From a virus, in IMG/VR virus record IMGVR_UViG_3300005329_000002, positions 2,670 through 66,669 of that record: a stretch of 64,000 nt of DNA; one strand, 5' to 3'. Positions 47,586-57,117 of the stretch are shown here, in pieces (position 1 is the stretch's first letter; each line of letters opens with the position of its first letter). Below the pieces are notes generated by a model. It saw only the letters and a list, made by a program, of their open reading frames with translations. It did no database searches and was not told where the DNA came from. Position numbers and translations under genes: made by a program.

Positions 47586-47613
47586 ATTGTATCATCCCTA
47601 GGATGGTTGTCAA
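47586..47613 (-). promoter_or_regulatory. sigma70-type promoter with ATCCCTAGGATG spacer motif
   Basis: TTGACA-16-TACAAT. Confidence 0.8.
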
Positions 47614-47616
47614 GGA

Positions 47617-48201
47617 TCAATCCTTGGGAGCTTGCTCAGAGGATCGGCGGAACATTTCACGCGAGGCTGCGTTACGCAAGTCCTCAAAGCTCTGAGCGAG
47701 CGCCTGAAAAACTTCAACCTTCGCCTCTAGCTGAAGAATTTCATCTTCACGCTCGCGGTAGCGCTTGTTGGTTAGGAGCGCGTTGTCAAGCTCGTACTTG
47801 CGCTTGTAATCGTCCTGATGCTTGAAACGAAATTTCGCTCCCTCTACCCTCTGACTCGCTCGTAGGGTAGCCAACCGAAAAGCGTACCGTGCAGTGACGT
47901 AAATTGCGTATGAATGACGCACAGCGAAACGTGAGTGAACTGCCCCCAATTCACTTGAACTGAGCCGAGTGTAGTCGAGCGGTACAGCATCCTCAGTGCT
48001 GCTTATTTCGTCGGGCGCGATCAGACCTTCTTCTTTTAGAAATTGCAATGCGGTGTTTTTTGGTGTCGCGATTGTTAGCCGCTCTCCGCTTTTCAATTTC
48101 TTTGACTTCTTCTTTACAGAACCCTCGGAACGGGCAGCCTTGGAACTTGAGGCTTTTCGTGCTGATGCACTCTGGCGGCGGGATGGAATTTTCTTGCTCA
48201 T
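47617..48201 (-). CDS. coiled-coil hypothetical protein (possible UvsY-like mediator); start uncertain
   Basis: Helical C-half; lies in recombination cluster. Confidence 0.45.
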   Translation of the reverse strand: MSKKIPSRRQSASARKASSSKAARSEGSVKKKSKKLKSGERLTIATPKNTALQFLKEEGLIAPDEISSTEDAVPLDYTRLSSSELGAVHSRFAVRHSYAIYVTARYAFRLATLRASQRVEGAKFRFKHQDDYKRKYELDNALLTNKRYREREDEILQLEAKVEVFQALAQSFEDLRNAASREMFRRSSEQAPKD

Positions 48202-48946
48202 GCTTTCTCAGTACCTCCAATCGCGTTCGAACATCGGGCAAGTTAGTTGAGACTGGAATTTCAGTCTCCGCGAGCGCGATTGGAAAGTCCTCTGTCGGCC
48301 CGCCCTTGTTTTCAATTACAAGCAAGGTGCGCTTGATCTTCCGCGTCTTGCGATCCTTGCTCGCGTTGTAAAGCATTCCGTAGTCCGCGCACTGAATCCG
48401 GTACTTGTGTGGTAGCTCGCCGCGAACGATCCTGTTGAAGTCGTTCACGTTGATCCCTTTGAAATCCACGATCAGCGGCTCACGGTCAACCTCGATCAGA
48501 ACATCGACCGTGCCGCCGTGGTCGCCGCGCTTGGAGACAATCGGATGCTCGACGGCCACGAGTTTGAAATCGTCGTCGTCCATTGCTTGATCCATCTTGT
48601 AAAGCGCAAACTGCCACTTGACGTGAAGGAAGTTACCATTCAAGAAATAGAAATTCGGCTGCGGCCTAGACGAGAACAGCTTCTTTATCTCAAGCTCTTT
48701 GAAATTCTTGCTAAGATAAACCAGCCTAAGACAGTCGGCCAGCGCTGACGGTGAGAACAGCTTTGCGTCCTCGCGTCTGCGCTCTTCGCGCTCGACCATC
48801 TTTTCCAGAAGATCGTTAATGAATTTAACATCTTCCGGCGTCTCGATGTTGACAGGCTTCCTCATGAAATCCTCGATAAGAGGAACGAGGATGCCGCTAC
48901 GTTTGCGACTGTGCCTTATCGACTTCTCTACGGGTAGCCTCGTCAA
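47993..48946 (-). CDS. Cas4-like PD-(D/E)XK exonuclease
   Basis: FSPSALADC, GNFLH, GTVD..IVDFK, Q...Y, C..C..CPF...C. Confidence 0.8.
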   Translation of the reverse strand: MTRLPVEKSIRHSRKRSGILVPLIEDFMRKPVNIETPEDVKFINDLLEKMVEREERRREDAKLFSPSALADCLRLVYLSKNFKELEIKKLFSSRPQPNFYFLNGNFLHVKWQFALYKMDQAMDDDDFKLVAVEHPIVSKRGDHGGTVDVLIEVDREPLIVDFKGINVNDFNRIVRGELPHKYRIQCADYGMLYNASKDRKTRKIKRTLLVIENKGGPTEDFPIALAETEIPVSTNLPDVRTRLEVLRKHEQENSIPPPECISTKSLKFQGCPFRGFCKEEVKEIEKRRAANNRDTKKHRIAISKRRRSDRARRNKQH

Positions 48947-49056
48947 CTTCTCCCCTCACTCTGAAAACTTCAGTGCAATTCGGGCATTCGACTTGCAGTG
49001 TATCACGATCCTCAGACAGCACATACGGATTCACTTGCATCTTGCAACCGGGGCAA

Positions 49057-49434
49057 TCAGTCGTCTGATTCCAGCGCACTCTCTAGCCTCTTTTCAAGCT
49101 CCGCAATTTTCAACTCCCGCTGTTGGTGATCGATCAGTCGTGTCACCACTAGCTGAAGATCGCGAATGTCAATCTGCATGCCGGGTAGATAGCCCGGTGC
49201 CTCCTGCATCGCTTCGCGTTCAAGCTTTTTGAAATCCGCGTAGTCGATTGTGTACGAGCCTTTGTCGGTCGTGCGAGCTTCGATAAGGAAGTCATGCAAT
49301 TTCGCATCACGCTTCCAGCGCCAGAGCCGTCCGCTGTTGACTTGCTTCGAACCGCCCTCCATTTTTCCAATGCGCTCTTCTTGTAATTGTGACTTCGTTT
49401 TCTTAGCTCGCTCCCACGGAGCCTCCATTTTCAA
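49057..49434 (-). CDS. PD-(D/E)XK nuclease/resolvase-like protein
   Basis: QEERI..GG..QVNSG...D....FLIEARTT. Confidence 0.65.
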   Translation of the reverse strand: MKMEAPWERAKKTKSQLQEERIGKMEGGSKQVNSGRLWRWKRDAKLHDFLIEARTTDKGSYTIDYADFKKLEREAMQEAPGYLPGMQIDIRDLQLVVTRLIDHQQRELKIAELEKRLESALESDD

Positions 49435-49706
49435 TCCTCTTCCCTGTCGCGGTCAAGAGCCTTCTGCACCGACGCGAGCATTCCGACCTTGTGCGTCCAA
49501 ATGTGCTCACTCGATCTGTAGTGCGTAGTTGTAAATCCGTACTCCGCTACTTCGCCCGTTTCAATGTCACGCGAAGAATCCACCAGCGCAATTACCATTA
49601 CCTCAATTACTTCTGCGTCGTCGTCATGCTGATAAGACTCTTCAAGAGTCTCCATAAATTCCGCTGTAGTCTTTCCGATCAGAGTGGAATCCATTACCAC
49701 CACCAC
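49431..49706 (-). CDS. hypothetical protein
   Basis: ORF track, packing. Confidence 0.5.
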   Translation of the reverse strand: MVVVMDSTLIGKTTAEFMETLEESYQHDDDAEVIEVMVIALVDSSRDIETGEVAEYGFTTTHYRSSEHIWTHKVGMLASVQKALDRDREED

Positions 49707-49916
49707 GCAACAAGGTGGCCCATGAGGTAAATGAAAAGCGTCGTGAGAATTACACCTGCGACTGTCCTGCCTCCCGTCCTACCCATCGCCATTTCAAGCT
49801 GCTTGATATAGGTCGAGAGAGTGAAGCGTTGATCCTGCCGCCGAGCCAGCGCATAGCCTTCACGCGCCAGAAAGTATCCGACAGTTGCAATTACAAAAGT
49901 TAGCCAATCCGCTGCG

Positions 49917-50147
49917 TCAGGAGTCATGTTGTTCTGCCTTCCTTTTACGCTTGCTGAAATTGAAGAGATTGAGAATCCGATCCCCGCAACAGTCACCAAC
50001 GTCAGCACTGTGAGTGTAATTCGAATGCGCGAATCGGTTTGTGCCTTTGCCTTTGGGAATGTAGGTGAGCTTGGCCACGAAGGTTTCACATGGCCGCTTG
50101 CAAATGTCGCAACGTTTAGTCGTCTCCCTCGCCATCATCCTCCCCAA
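49917..50147 (-). CDS. Zn-finger-like protein (Lsr2 N-domain-like pattern)
   Basis: MARETTKRCDIC...ADVGDCC. Confidence 0.45.
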   Translation of the reverse strand: MGRMMARETTKRCDICKRPCETFVAKLTYIPKGKGTNRFAHSNYTHSADVGDCCGDRILNLFNFSKRKRKAEQHDS

Positions 50148-51210
50148 GCTCTTGTGTAATTGTGTTGTCCTTGATTGCGCTGACTAGCTCTGCTCGCATT
50201 AGGTGTTCATCGCCGCCGTCGTCAGGGCCATTGAGCCACTTCTGAAATTGCTTGTAGGTTCCCTTCCACTCATGATCCTCAACGTCAACGTAGCTGTAGC
50301 CCCGAGCCGTCTGCTCGATCAACCCGTCCTCTAGCCCAAGCTGAATAATTTCAGAAGCTAGATCGATCGAATTCGTCTCCGCACTGAAAATGAAAGAGCC
50401 TTCACGGTAAGGCCGCGTGGACTTATCCTTTTCAGCGCGAACTTGAATCCACCTACCCGTTTGAATTTCGGATTCCACAAGCTTAGCACCACGAGCGACC
50501 TTACGCTTAGCTCGAACTTTAGTGCCCTTGCGCATTTCAATTCGGCCTGTTGCATAGTAGCGAAGCGCTTTTCCACCGCTCGTAGTTTTCGGATTGCCGA
50601 ATTTAATTCCGATATCTGTGCGCTCTTGGTTTGTCCAGAGAAAGAGAGTCTTTCTATTAACCGTTGTAATTCGTCGTAGGGCACGGCTCATCATCCTCGC
50701 TTGTCCGGCAACCCTTGGCTCTTCCCTTGGGTCTTTTGAAGTTTCCTCTAGCGGCACGAGACTCGTCACCGAGTCCATTCCAATTACTTCTATCGAGTGT
50801 TCCTCTGCCGCTTTCGCTAGCAGCATCATGACGGCCACTGCATCATCCCCGTTTTCAGGATGAAGCGTCATGAGAATTTCAGGATCACCGCCAAGCTTTG
50901 CGAACCACTTCGGATCAAAGGAATGTTCAGGATCAACGAGGGCACATAAATTCCCCCGAGCCTGAGACTCCGCAAGAGTGCGATAGAGAATGTATGACTT
51001 GCCCGCCGATTCGTCACCGTAAAGCTCGTAGTGACGCCCAAGTGCCCAACCCCCTCCTGTTACTCGATCTAGGACAAGTGACCCCGTTGGTATCCGTACA
51101 ATTTCAAAGTACGGATCAGAGCCGAGCTTCACCCCTGCGTTCAGCGTTGAGTTAATTTCATGAACGAGGGATGCGGCTGCACTCAGTTTGGCCTTCTTCT
51201 TTTTCACCAA
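50116..51210 (-). CDS. recA: RecA-like recombinase
   Basis: IPTGSLVLD, ELYGDESAGKS, DPEH, DSV, QARMMSRALR, NQER..IG..FGNP.TTSGGKALRYYA. Confidence 0.95.
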   Translation of the reverse strand: MVKKKKAKLSAAASLVHEINSTLNAGVKLGSDPYFEIVRIPTGSLVLDRVTGGGWALGRHYELYGDESAGKSYILYRTLAESQARGNLCALVDPEHSFDPKWFAKLGGDPEILMTLHPENGDDAVAVMMLLAKAAEEHSIEVIGMDSVTSLVPLEETSKDPREEPRVAGQARMMSRALRRITTVNRKTLFLWTNQERTDIGIKFGNPKTTSGGKALRYYATGRIEMRKGTKVRAKRKVARGAKLVESEIQTGRWIQVRAEKDKSTRPYREGSFIFSAETNSIDLASEIIQLGLEDGLIEQTARGYSYVDVEDHEWKGTYKQFQKWLNGPDDGGDEHLMRAELVSAIKDNTITQELGEDDGEGDD

Positions 51211-51438
51211 TTAACCCTCCGAGCTAGGTGCGCTCTTTTGTTTGCCGCTCGATTGCGTCTCTTCTTTTTCCACGTTGGCTCTTTTGTAATTCCTGCTCGC
51301 GCCTTGGAATATCTCATCCTGCGTCGGGACGGAGCTACCGGGGCATCCTCGGGTTTCTGCCTCGGTGCGATCAGCCCACTCTGACGCTTTTCAAAGACAA
51401 GGCTCAGGAGACGATCTAAGCCCGTCTCACGGCCTCCG

Positions 51439-51837
51439 TCACTCATCCTGGCCTCCTGTGGCTTCGTCGTCCTCCGTGCCCTCAGAAGCGCTCTCAGCGC
51501 CTTCGTCCGGCTGTAGCTCTTCAGGCATCTGCGGGTAGTAAATGTCGCCGTTCTCGTAGCCTGGTTCTGAAATTCCGTACTTGGTCGGATTCATCAGGAC
51601 TTCTTCCTCGCCTGTGATCGTCGGGCCTGAATATCCGAACCTCAGTCTCGTATCCGCTTCGCTGAAAATTGCGCTCAGGAGAATCTTGCCGCCGAGTTCA
51701 CTCGACGGAGCTACAGCCTCGTCGTCATGCGGGTGAAAAATTTTCACGTCGCCACTGAGAGTGATGATCCAGTGATCCTCGTTTGTCTCGACTCCCGTTA
51801 CCTCGCGCCCGTAGTAATGTGAAATATCAGGTGGCAT
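51439..51837 (-). CDS. hypothetical protein
   Basis: GGAG RBS; acidic tail. Confidence 0.55.
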   Translation of the reverse strand: MPPDISHYYGREVTGVETNEDHWIITLSGDVKIFHPHDDEAVAPSSELGGKILLSAIFSEADTRLRFGYSGPTITGEEEVLMNPTKYGISEPGYENGDIYYPQMPEELQPDEGAESASEGTEDDEATGGQDE

Positions 51838-52030
51838 TCTTGTCTCCCTTCTTTGCTCGCTTGCCCTCATGAGGATCGTCCTCAGCCTCGACCAACTCAA
51901 TTGAAATATCGTCGCCGCCCAAGTCCATGATCGCCTTACTGATCTTTTCGTAGTGCGTATTTGAAACGCCTGTCGGATCGTCCTGGTCAGTTGGCTCGAC
52001 TGTAAATTGCACTCTTACTCTCTGCACCAT
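51827..52030 (-). CDS. hypothetical protein
   Basis: RBS, packing. Confidence 0.55.
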   Translation of the reverse strand: MVQRVRVQFTVEPTDQDDPTGVSNTHYEKISKAIMDLGGDDISIELVEAEDDPHEGKRAKKGDKNAT

Positions 52031-52038
52031 CCACCCCT

Positions 52039-52281
52039 TCAGTCTGGAATTTTCAGCTTGCCGAGATTCTCATGCTGCCATCTTGCTATCGAACTAATAT
52101 GTTCCTCAAGAGAATTTATAAATTTCTCATCGCACCCAACCATTTGCGCATAAGTGAAATACGCATCGAGCGCCCCCATCGTGATCTTGTCTTGCCCACG
52201 AAGAATGAAAATTGGCTCATCCTCTGGAATCCCGAGCCGTTCCTTAATCAGCGGATACTGCGCTACGTCATGTACCCCCAT
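52039..52281 (-). CDS. hypothetical protein
   Basis: DEPIFILRGQD motif seen in small phage proteins; ATG overlaps dnaE stop. Confidence 0.6.
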   Translation of the reverse strand: MGVHDVAQYPLIKERLGIPEDEPIFILRGQDKITMGALDAYFTYAQMVGCDEKFINSLEEHISSIARWQHENLGKLKIPD

Positions 52282-55200
52282 CAGCCTCCCCTCTTTCTCA
52301 TTTTGAAAATTTCGGTACAAATGATCTTGAACTTCTCTGGCTTTGGCAAGTGCCATCCCTGCGGATCGCCGTTGAATGATCCTGTAATTCCCCAAAAGCG
52401 GAAACCCTGCGGCCCGTCAGTCAAGAAAGGATCGCGGATCGAGCCATCAGCGCATATGACCGCGCCCTGGCACTGCCGTTGCAGGTATTTCAAGAGCTTC
52501 ACGTCCCACTTCTTGTCCTCGTTCACCATTAAGTGAAATGGCAAACCGTTCTCGTCCACCACTGTCAGCAACCACGTCTTGACTTGCGCCCACGGAGACG
52601 CCTTCAATTCCAATTTCGCATCCGGTGGAATCCAGAAGAGTTTGCTGCACGACTGGCGACTCTCTAGCCGTTCGACGTTCTTGGTCAGCCCAATATGATT
52701 CCAACCGGAGTCTGAAATTCGTGGGTTGGCATGCTTCGGCTTACAGCCCTTGAAAACGGCGGGTCGCTTCAGCGTCATGCCAAGTAGCTCAAACTCATCT
52801 TCGTCCGTGTGCTTGCTCCCCAACCCTAGGATTTCGAATGCTCCGATCCTGGCGAGAGATTCCACACGTCCAACATGACCGGCAGCAGTACCTTTCGTCC
52901 TCGCTTTGAAATCTTCAAAGTCAGAGTAAGGCTGTCGGTCGATGATCGCCTTAGCTGCGGCAGGGCCAATGCCATGAATTCGCTGAAGGCCCACCCTAAT
53001 TCCTCCGCTGCTCTTATCGTAAGAGAATCCAAACCCGCTTCGATTAACGCATGGAGGAAGGAATTGAAATCCATTGGCCCTTGCTGAAGCGATGTATTTC
53101 TTTTTCTCAGGGTACACGTCCAGTAGGGCCGAAAAGAACTCGGCGGGATAATGCGTCCTGAGATATTGCATTTGGACAGCGAGAACGCCGTAAGACGTTG
53201 CGTGCCCTTTGTTGAATCCGTAGCCTTCGAATCGCTCGACAAGCTCCCACAACCCCTCTCTCTCGTAGTCCGTCATTTTCAACTTGTCTGCGTAGCGCAT
53301 GAACATGGGCCTGATCTTTTGAAATGCTTCCTTCGCTCCGCGCCCCATGCCCTTCGCTAGTTTGATCGCTCCAAGAAACTCTTCCACCTCACGGTGATCC
53401 ATCCCCATCGCATAACCAATTTCAAGAACCTGCTCCTGAAATACACCGACACCGTATGTCGGGCCAAGGACTTGCTCAGCAATCGGGTGTGGGTAATCTG
53501 GAATTTCTTCGCCACGTTTCCTCGCATAGTAGAGTTTGTCGTAGCCCGTTCGGGTCAGTGCTGGCCTTGCTACTGCGACGGCTGTAATTACATCATGCAC
53601 CGACGCTGCTTCTGCCGCCATTGCCGCCTTGCGGTTTTCCTTGCCCTGCAACGTGTGAACGCCTTCGGTGTGGCCCGCTCGTATCTCTTCGAACGTCTTG
53701 GGATCGTCAAGAGGAATTTCAGTCAGCTTGAGCGTGTCCTTGCCGACCATCCTCAGCGTCCGCTTCACGACTGAGAGAGATTTCAGTCGAAGGAAATCAC
53801 CCTTGACCCAACCAAGGTCGCCAAGCATTTCCATATCGTACTGAGTCACCAGCGCTCCACTCGACGCGATGAGGTACATGGGAACCCATTCTGAAATTGG
53901 ACGATCCCCCGTGCCGATCAACCAACCGCATGCATGCTGGCCGATTGATTTCAGCGAGTCGAAGATTCCAGACGTAAGCGCGTATAACTCGGGGTACTCT
54001 TCCTTGAGCGCCACGAATGCGTCCGCCTCTTCATCGACAACACCGCTGTCAATCATCTGAGGAAGCAGCTTTGAAATCTCATCTTGCCGTTCCTTATCGA
54101 TCCCCAACGCGCTCGCGGCCATGCGGAAGCTAGAGCGGTTTGCCAGTGTGCCGTAATTACAAATTTGCGCTACTTGCCCTTCGCCCTCTAGCTCGGCCAT
54201 CCTCGCTTTGACAAACTCCATGAAATCCTGGTAGCGGTCTGCCTCGATATCGATATCAATGTCCGGCAATTTCTTTCTGCTCGGATTGTAGAACCGTTCG
54301 AACGCTAGACCGTAGGCGATGGAATCGTTGTCATGAATTTTCAGGCAGTAGCAGAGTAGGGAGTTGGCAGCGGAGCCTCGCGTGTTGGTGAGAATTCCTT
54401 GCCGCCGTGCTTCAATGATGAAATCCGATATGAGAAGTAGGTAGTGGGCAAAGCTCCCCATATTTTCAAGCTCATACTCGAAACGCTCTCGGGCGGATTT
54501 TCCGTGCTTAGCGACGAGCGCCGCAAGTCTCGCTTTGCAACGACGCCGAATTGCATCCACGGGGTCTTTGTACCCGGAGAAGGGAATCGAATAGCTGAAA
54601 TTGTCAAATGGTGGGAGTCGAATGTCCGCCTCTTCGACAATTTCACTGATACTTTCAAGGGCTTGACGTGGAACTCCATCGGCCACTACCTCCATATCTC
54701 GCATGTAATTTCCGAAGTAGAAGTAATCCGGAAGGTACTCTGCGATCCGCGATTCCTCTGACTTGCCGTAATGAGCATCGTCCCTGTTGCGCCACGAGGA
54801 CGCCTTCATCGCTACATGCGCCTTCCTCTGCTTAGGCGTTTGAAAATGCGAGTCATTAGTGACGATGAGCGGTACACCCGTCTGCTCTGAAAGAGCGATG
54901 AGCTTGGCACGGACGGCTCGCTCTTTTTCCACCGTCTCTTCGTAGGCTGTATATCCCTTCCCCATGAACTTCGCAATTTCATGATTCTGTACCTCGATGT
55001 AGAAATTCGGGAACACGGATTTCATTGCCTCGACGTAGAGCCAACCTAGGTTCGATCCATTCGCCTCCGCGAGATTGCGGCATAGCTCGCTGCCAAGACA
55101 CCCGCTGAGAATGACGTTGTGCGAGAGCGGGTGAGGCGCAATCTCAACCATTTCTGAAATTGAGATTCGCGGCTTGCGGTAGAAATTCTCTCTCTGATGA

Positions 55201-55523
55201 GAAAAAGTTGACCATGCGACAAGATTCGCATAGCCCTCCGCTGAAAGTGCCAGCACAGTAAGGTGAAAAGATTGGTCAGCAAATTCCTTCGTCCTTTCTG
55301 CGTGATCCGGAGTGATATAAAATTCAATCCCAAGGATCGGCTTAATGCCTTGCTCGCGAGCGGCCTTGTAAAAGGCAGGAGCGCTGCCCATCCAACCATG
55401 CTCGGTCAGACTAGCAGCGCTCCACCCTAGACTCTTCGCCCGCTCGACTACATTTTCAGGAGTACCGAAACCATCCTGAAATGAAAACGTAGAGTGGCAG
55501 TGAAGGTCAACGAAATTCGTCAC
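52281..55523 (-). CDS. dnaE: DNA polymerase III alpha subunit
   Basis: PHP HCHSTFS..DG, TNDSH; RGSAANSL, PDIDID, VKGDFL, FQEQV, YGFNKGHA. Confidence 0.97.
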   Translation of the reverse strand: MTNFVDLHCHSTFSFQDGFGTPENVVERAKSLGWSAASLTEHGWMGSAPAFYKAAREQGIKPILGIEFYITPDHAERTKEFADQSFHLTVLALSAEGYANLVAWSTFSHQRENFYRKPRISISEMVEIAPHPLSHNVILSGCLGSELCRNLAEANGSNLGWLYVEAMKSVFPNFYIEVQNHEIAKFMGKGYTAYEETVEKERAVRAKLIALSEQTGVPLIVTNDSHFQTPKQRKAHVAMKASSWRNRDDAHYGKSEESRIAEYLPDYFYFGNYMRDMEVVADGVPRQALESISEIVEEADIRLPPFDNFSYSIPFSGYKDPVDAIRRRCKARLAALVAKHGKSARERFEYELENMGSFAHYLLLISDFIIEARRQGILTNTRGSAANSLLCYCLKIHDNDSIAYGLAFERFYNPSRKKLPDIDIDIEADRYQDFMEFVKARMAELEGEGQVAQICNYGTLANRSSFRMAASALGIDKERQDEISKLLPQMIDSGVVDEEADAFVALKEEYPELYALTSGIFDSLKSIGQHACGWLIGTGDRPISEWVPMYLIASSGALVTQYDMEMLGDLGWVKGDFLRLKSLSVVKRTLRMVGKDTLKLTEIPLDDPKTFEEIRAGHTEGVHTLQGKENRKAAMAAEAASVHDVITAVAVARPALTRTGYDKLYYARKRGEEIPDYPHPIAEQVLGPTYGVGVFQEQVLEIGYAMGMDHREVEEFLGAIKLAKGMGRGAKEAFQKIRPMFMRYADKLKMTDYEREGLWELVERFEGYGFNKGHATSYGVLAVQMQYLRTHYPAEFFSALLDVYPEKKKYIASARANGFQFLPPCVNRSGFGFSYDKSSGGIRVGLQRIHGIGPAAAKAIIDRQPYSDFEDFKARTKGTAAGHVGRVESLARIGAFEILGLGSKHTDEDEFELLGMTLKRPAVFKGCKPKHANPRISDSGWNHIGLTKNVERLESRQSCSKLFWIPPDAKLELKASPWAQVKTWLLTVVDENGLPFHLMVNEDKKWDVKLLKYLQRQCQGAVICADGSIRDPFLTDGPQGFRFWGITGSFNGDPQGWHLPKPEKFKIICTEIFKMRKRGG

Positions 55524-55855
55524 TACAGATTGTTCTGAAGCTTCTTGACTGACGGTGCCGATTCCTTTGCACCCTTGAGAACGCGAGCCGCTACACGCAC
55601 CGATGCGGGCTTGGCTGAAATCTTCACGTCCTCACCCGTCTTGGGGTTGCGGCCCATGCGAGCCTTCTGCTTCTTCCGCAATTTCGGCTCGATCTGAACG
55701 AGGTTGCCGATCTTCACGCGCTCGCAATTTGCAATGTGATCGCCAACAACCTCACCCAACGTTTCAAAGAAGTGCCGAACGTCAGACTTGGTATAGCCAG
55801 ACGCCTCTGCAATTTCAGCAACAAGCTCAGTCTGCTTCACGAGTGGTAGTGCCAT
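55523..55855 (-). CDS. HU/IHF-family DNA-binding protein
   Basis: KQTELVAEIAE, ARMGRNPKTGEDVKISAK. Confidence 0.92.
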   Translation of the reverse strand: MALPLVKQTELVAEIAEASGYTKSDVRHFFETLGEVVGDHIANCERVKIGNLVQIEPKLRKKQKARMGRNPKTGEDVKISAKPASVRVAARVLKGAKESAPSVKKLQNNL

Positions 55856-55879
55856 GCTTACCTCCTAGCATTCGGGATT

Positions 55880-55938
55880 GAAAATTTCTGAGGGGGAGCC
55901 ACCATGACCGGAACCGTCGGGCTAAACTCCCCCTCAGA
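55880..55938 (-). terminator. 12 bp stem with large loop between SSB and HU genes
   Basis: TCTGAGGGGGAG / CTCCCCCTCAGA, followed by AATTTT on the minus strand. Confidence 0.5.
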
Positions 55939-55946
55939 CTTTGAAA

Positions 55947-57116
55947 TTACTTCTTGCCCTTGCCGCCCTTCTTGCCGCCCTTCGATCCGGAACCCTTCGG
56001 GCGACCGCGCTGCTTCTTGACGGCGACCTTTGTAATTACCCAATCGCCTTCATCGTCAGTAAGAGCCGAGAGCGTGACGTTGACACCCTTCTTAATTTCA
56101 TCCAAGTCAGGATCAACGCCGTCACCGAGCCACATCTTTTCCTTCTTACCGTCATTGAAATCGTCTGCCTTGACGGTGATCGTCTCTTCCTTCTCGTTGG
56201 TGGAGACAACTTCAAAGACAGCGTTTTTCAATTCCTGCTGCTCTTCCTCGTCGTCGTCCTCTTCCTCATCCTCATCGTCGTCCTCGTCGTCGTCCGACTC
56301 TTCATCCTCATCATCGTCGTCGGACTCGTCCTCGTCGTCGTCCTCTTCATCGTCGTCCTCGTCGTCCGACTCTTCATCATCGTCGGAATCGTCGTCGTCC
56401 TCGTCGTCCTCTTCCTCTTCCTCATCATCGTCCTCGTCGTCGTCCTCATCGTCGTCTGAAATTGCCTTGCCCTTGCGAGCCTGCGGCTCGTCGTCCTCAT
56501 CATCGTCGTCGTCGTAGTCCTCATCATCCAGAGCGTCCATTGCCTTCAGCCGCTCCATCTGAATTTTCAACTGACGCTCGACAACGCCCTCCAACCCGTT
56601 CGGGAAAAGCTCTTCCGCTTCCTTGAGAAGCGCTGTAATTTCCTTCTTGGTCAGAGCCTTATCATCGAGGATGCGAACCTTGTAGCTCCCGCGATCATCC
56701 ATGCGCTTGATTCGCACGACGCGGCCCGTCATTCCGTTTTCATCCTCGGCCTCGTCGGACGCATCGTTGATCGTGCCGTAGTTCATGGTGAACAATTTCA
56801 GCTTTTCCTTCGCGTCATTCTGAGGGAAATACCAAAGCGTCAGAGCGCGTGTCGAAGGATTGTCATTCGCTGAACAAAACGGGCACTTGTCGCCCGTGCA
56901 AGGGACATAGGTATTCGCCTTGCGGTCGTAGTGGTCGTAATACTCGTAGTACCAAACGTTCCCGTCAATTTCAGGATCAGGCTCAAACAGCGCGACGGCC
57001 TTGAAAGCCTCGCCTTCCTTGAGCCGCGTAAAAGTTGACGGACGCGAGCGCTCTTCCTTAGAGCGAACTCGGCGGATCATAGACGTACTCTTCTTTTCCT
57101 TCTGCTTCTTCGCCAA
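55947..57116 (-). CDS. T4 gp32-like single-stranded DNA-binding protein with about 100 aa D/E tract
   Basis: FTRLKEGE, H..C...CPFC Zn site, RIKR; acidic tract, then small beta domain and basic tail. Confidence 0.75.
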   Translation of the reverse strand: MAKKQKEKKSTSMIRRVRSKEERSRPSTFTRLKEGEAFKAVALFEPDPEIDGNVWYYEYYDHYDRKANTYVPCTGDKCPFCSANDNPSTRALTLWYFPQNDAKEKLKLFTMNYGTINDASDEAEDENGMTGRVVRIKRMDDRGSYKVRILDDKALTKKEITALLKEAEELFPNGLEGVVERQLKIQMERLKAMDALDDEDYDDDDDEDDEPQARKGKAISDDDEDDDEDDDEEEEEDDEDDDDSDDDEESDDEDDDEEDDDEDESDDDDEDEESDDDEDDDEDEEEDDDEEEQQELKNAVFEVVSTNEKEETITVKADDFNDGKKEKMWLGDGVDPDLDEIKKGVNVTLSALTDDEGDWVITKVAVKKQRGRPKGSGSKGGKKGGKGKK

Positions 57117-57117
57117 T

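Noticed and set aside
47993-48946. Cas4 as evidence of CRISPR-Cas
   Set aside because: Solo Cas4-like nucleases are common in phage recombination modules.
55954-56517. Poly-Ser plus-strand ORF and other frames over the acidic tract
   Set aside because: Antisense or alternate-frame shadows of the GAY/GAR codons of the SSB gene.
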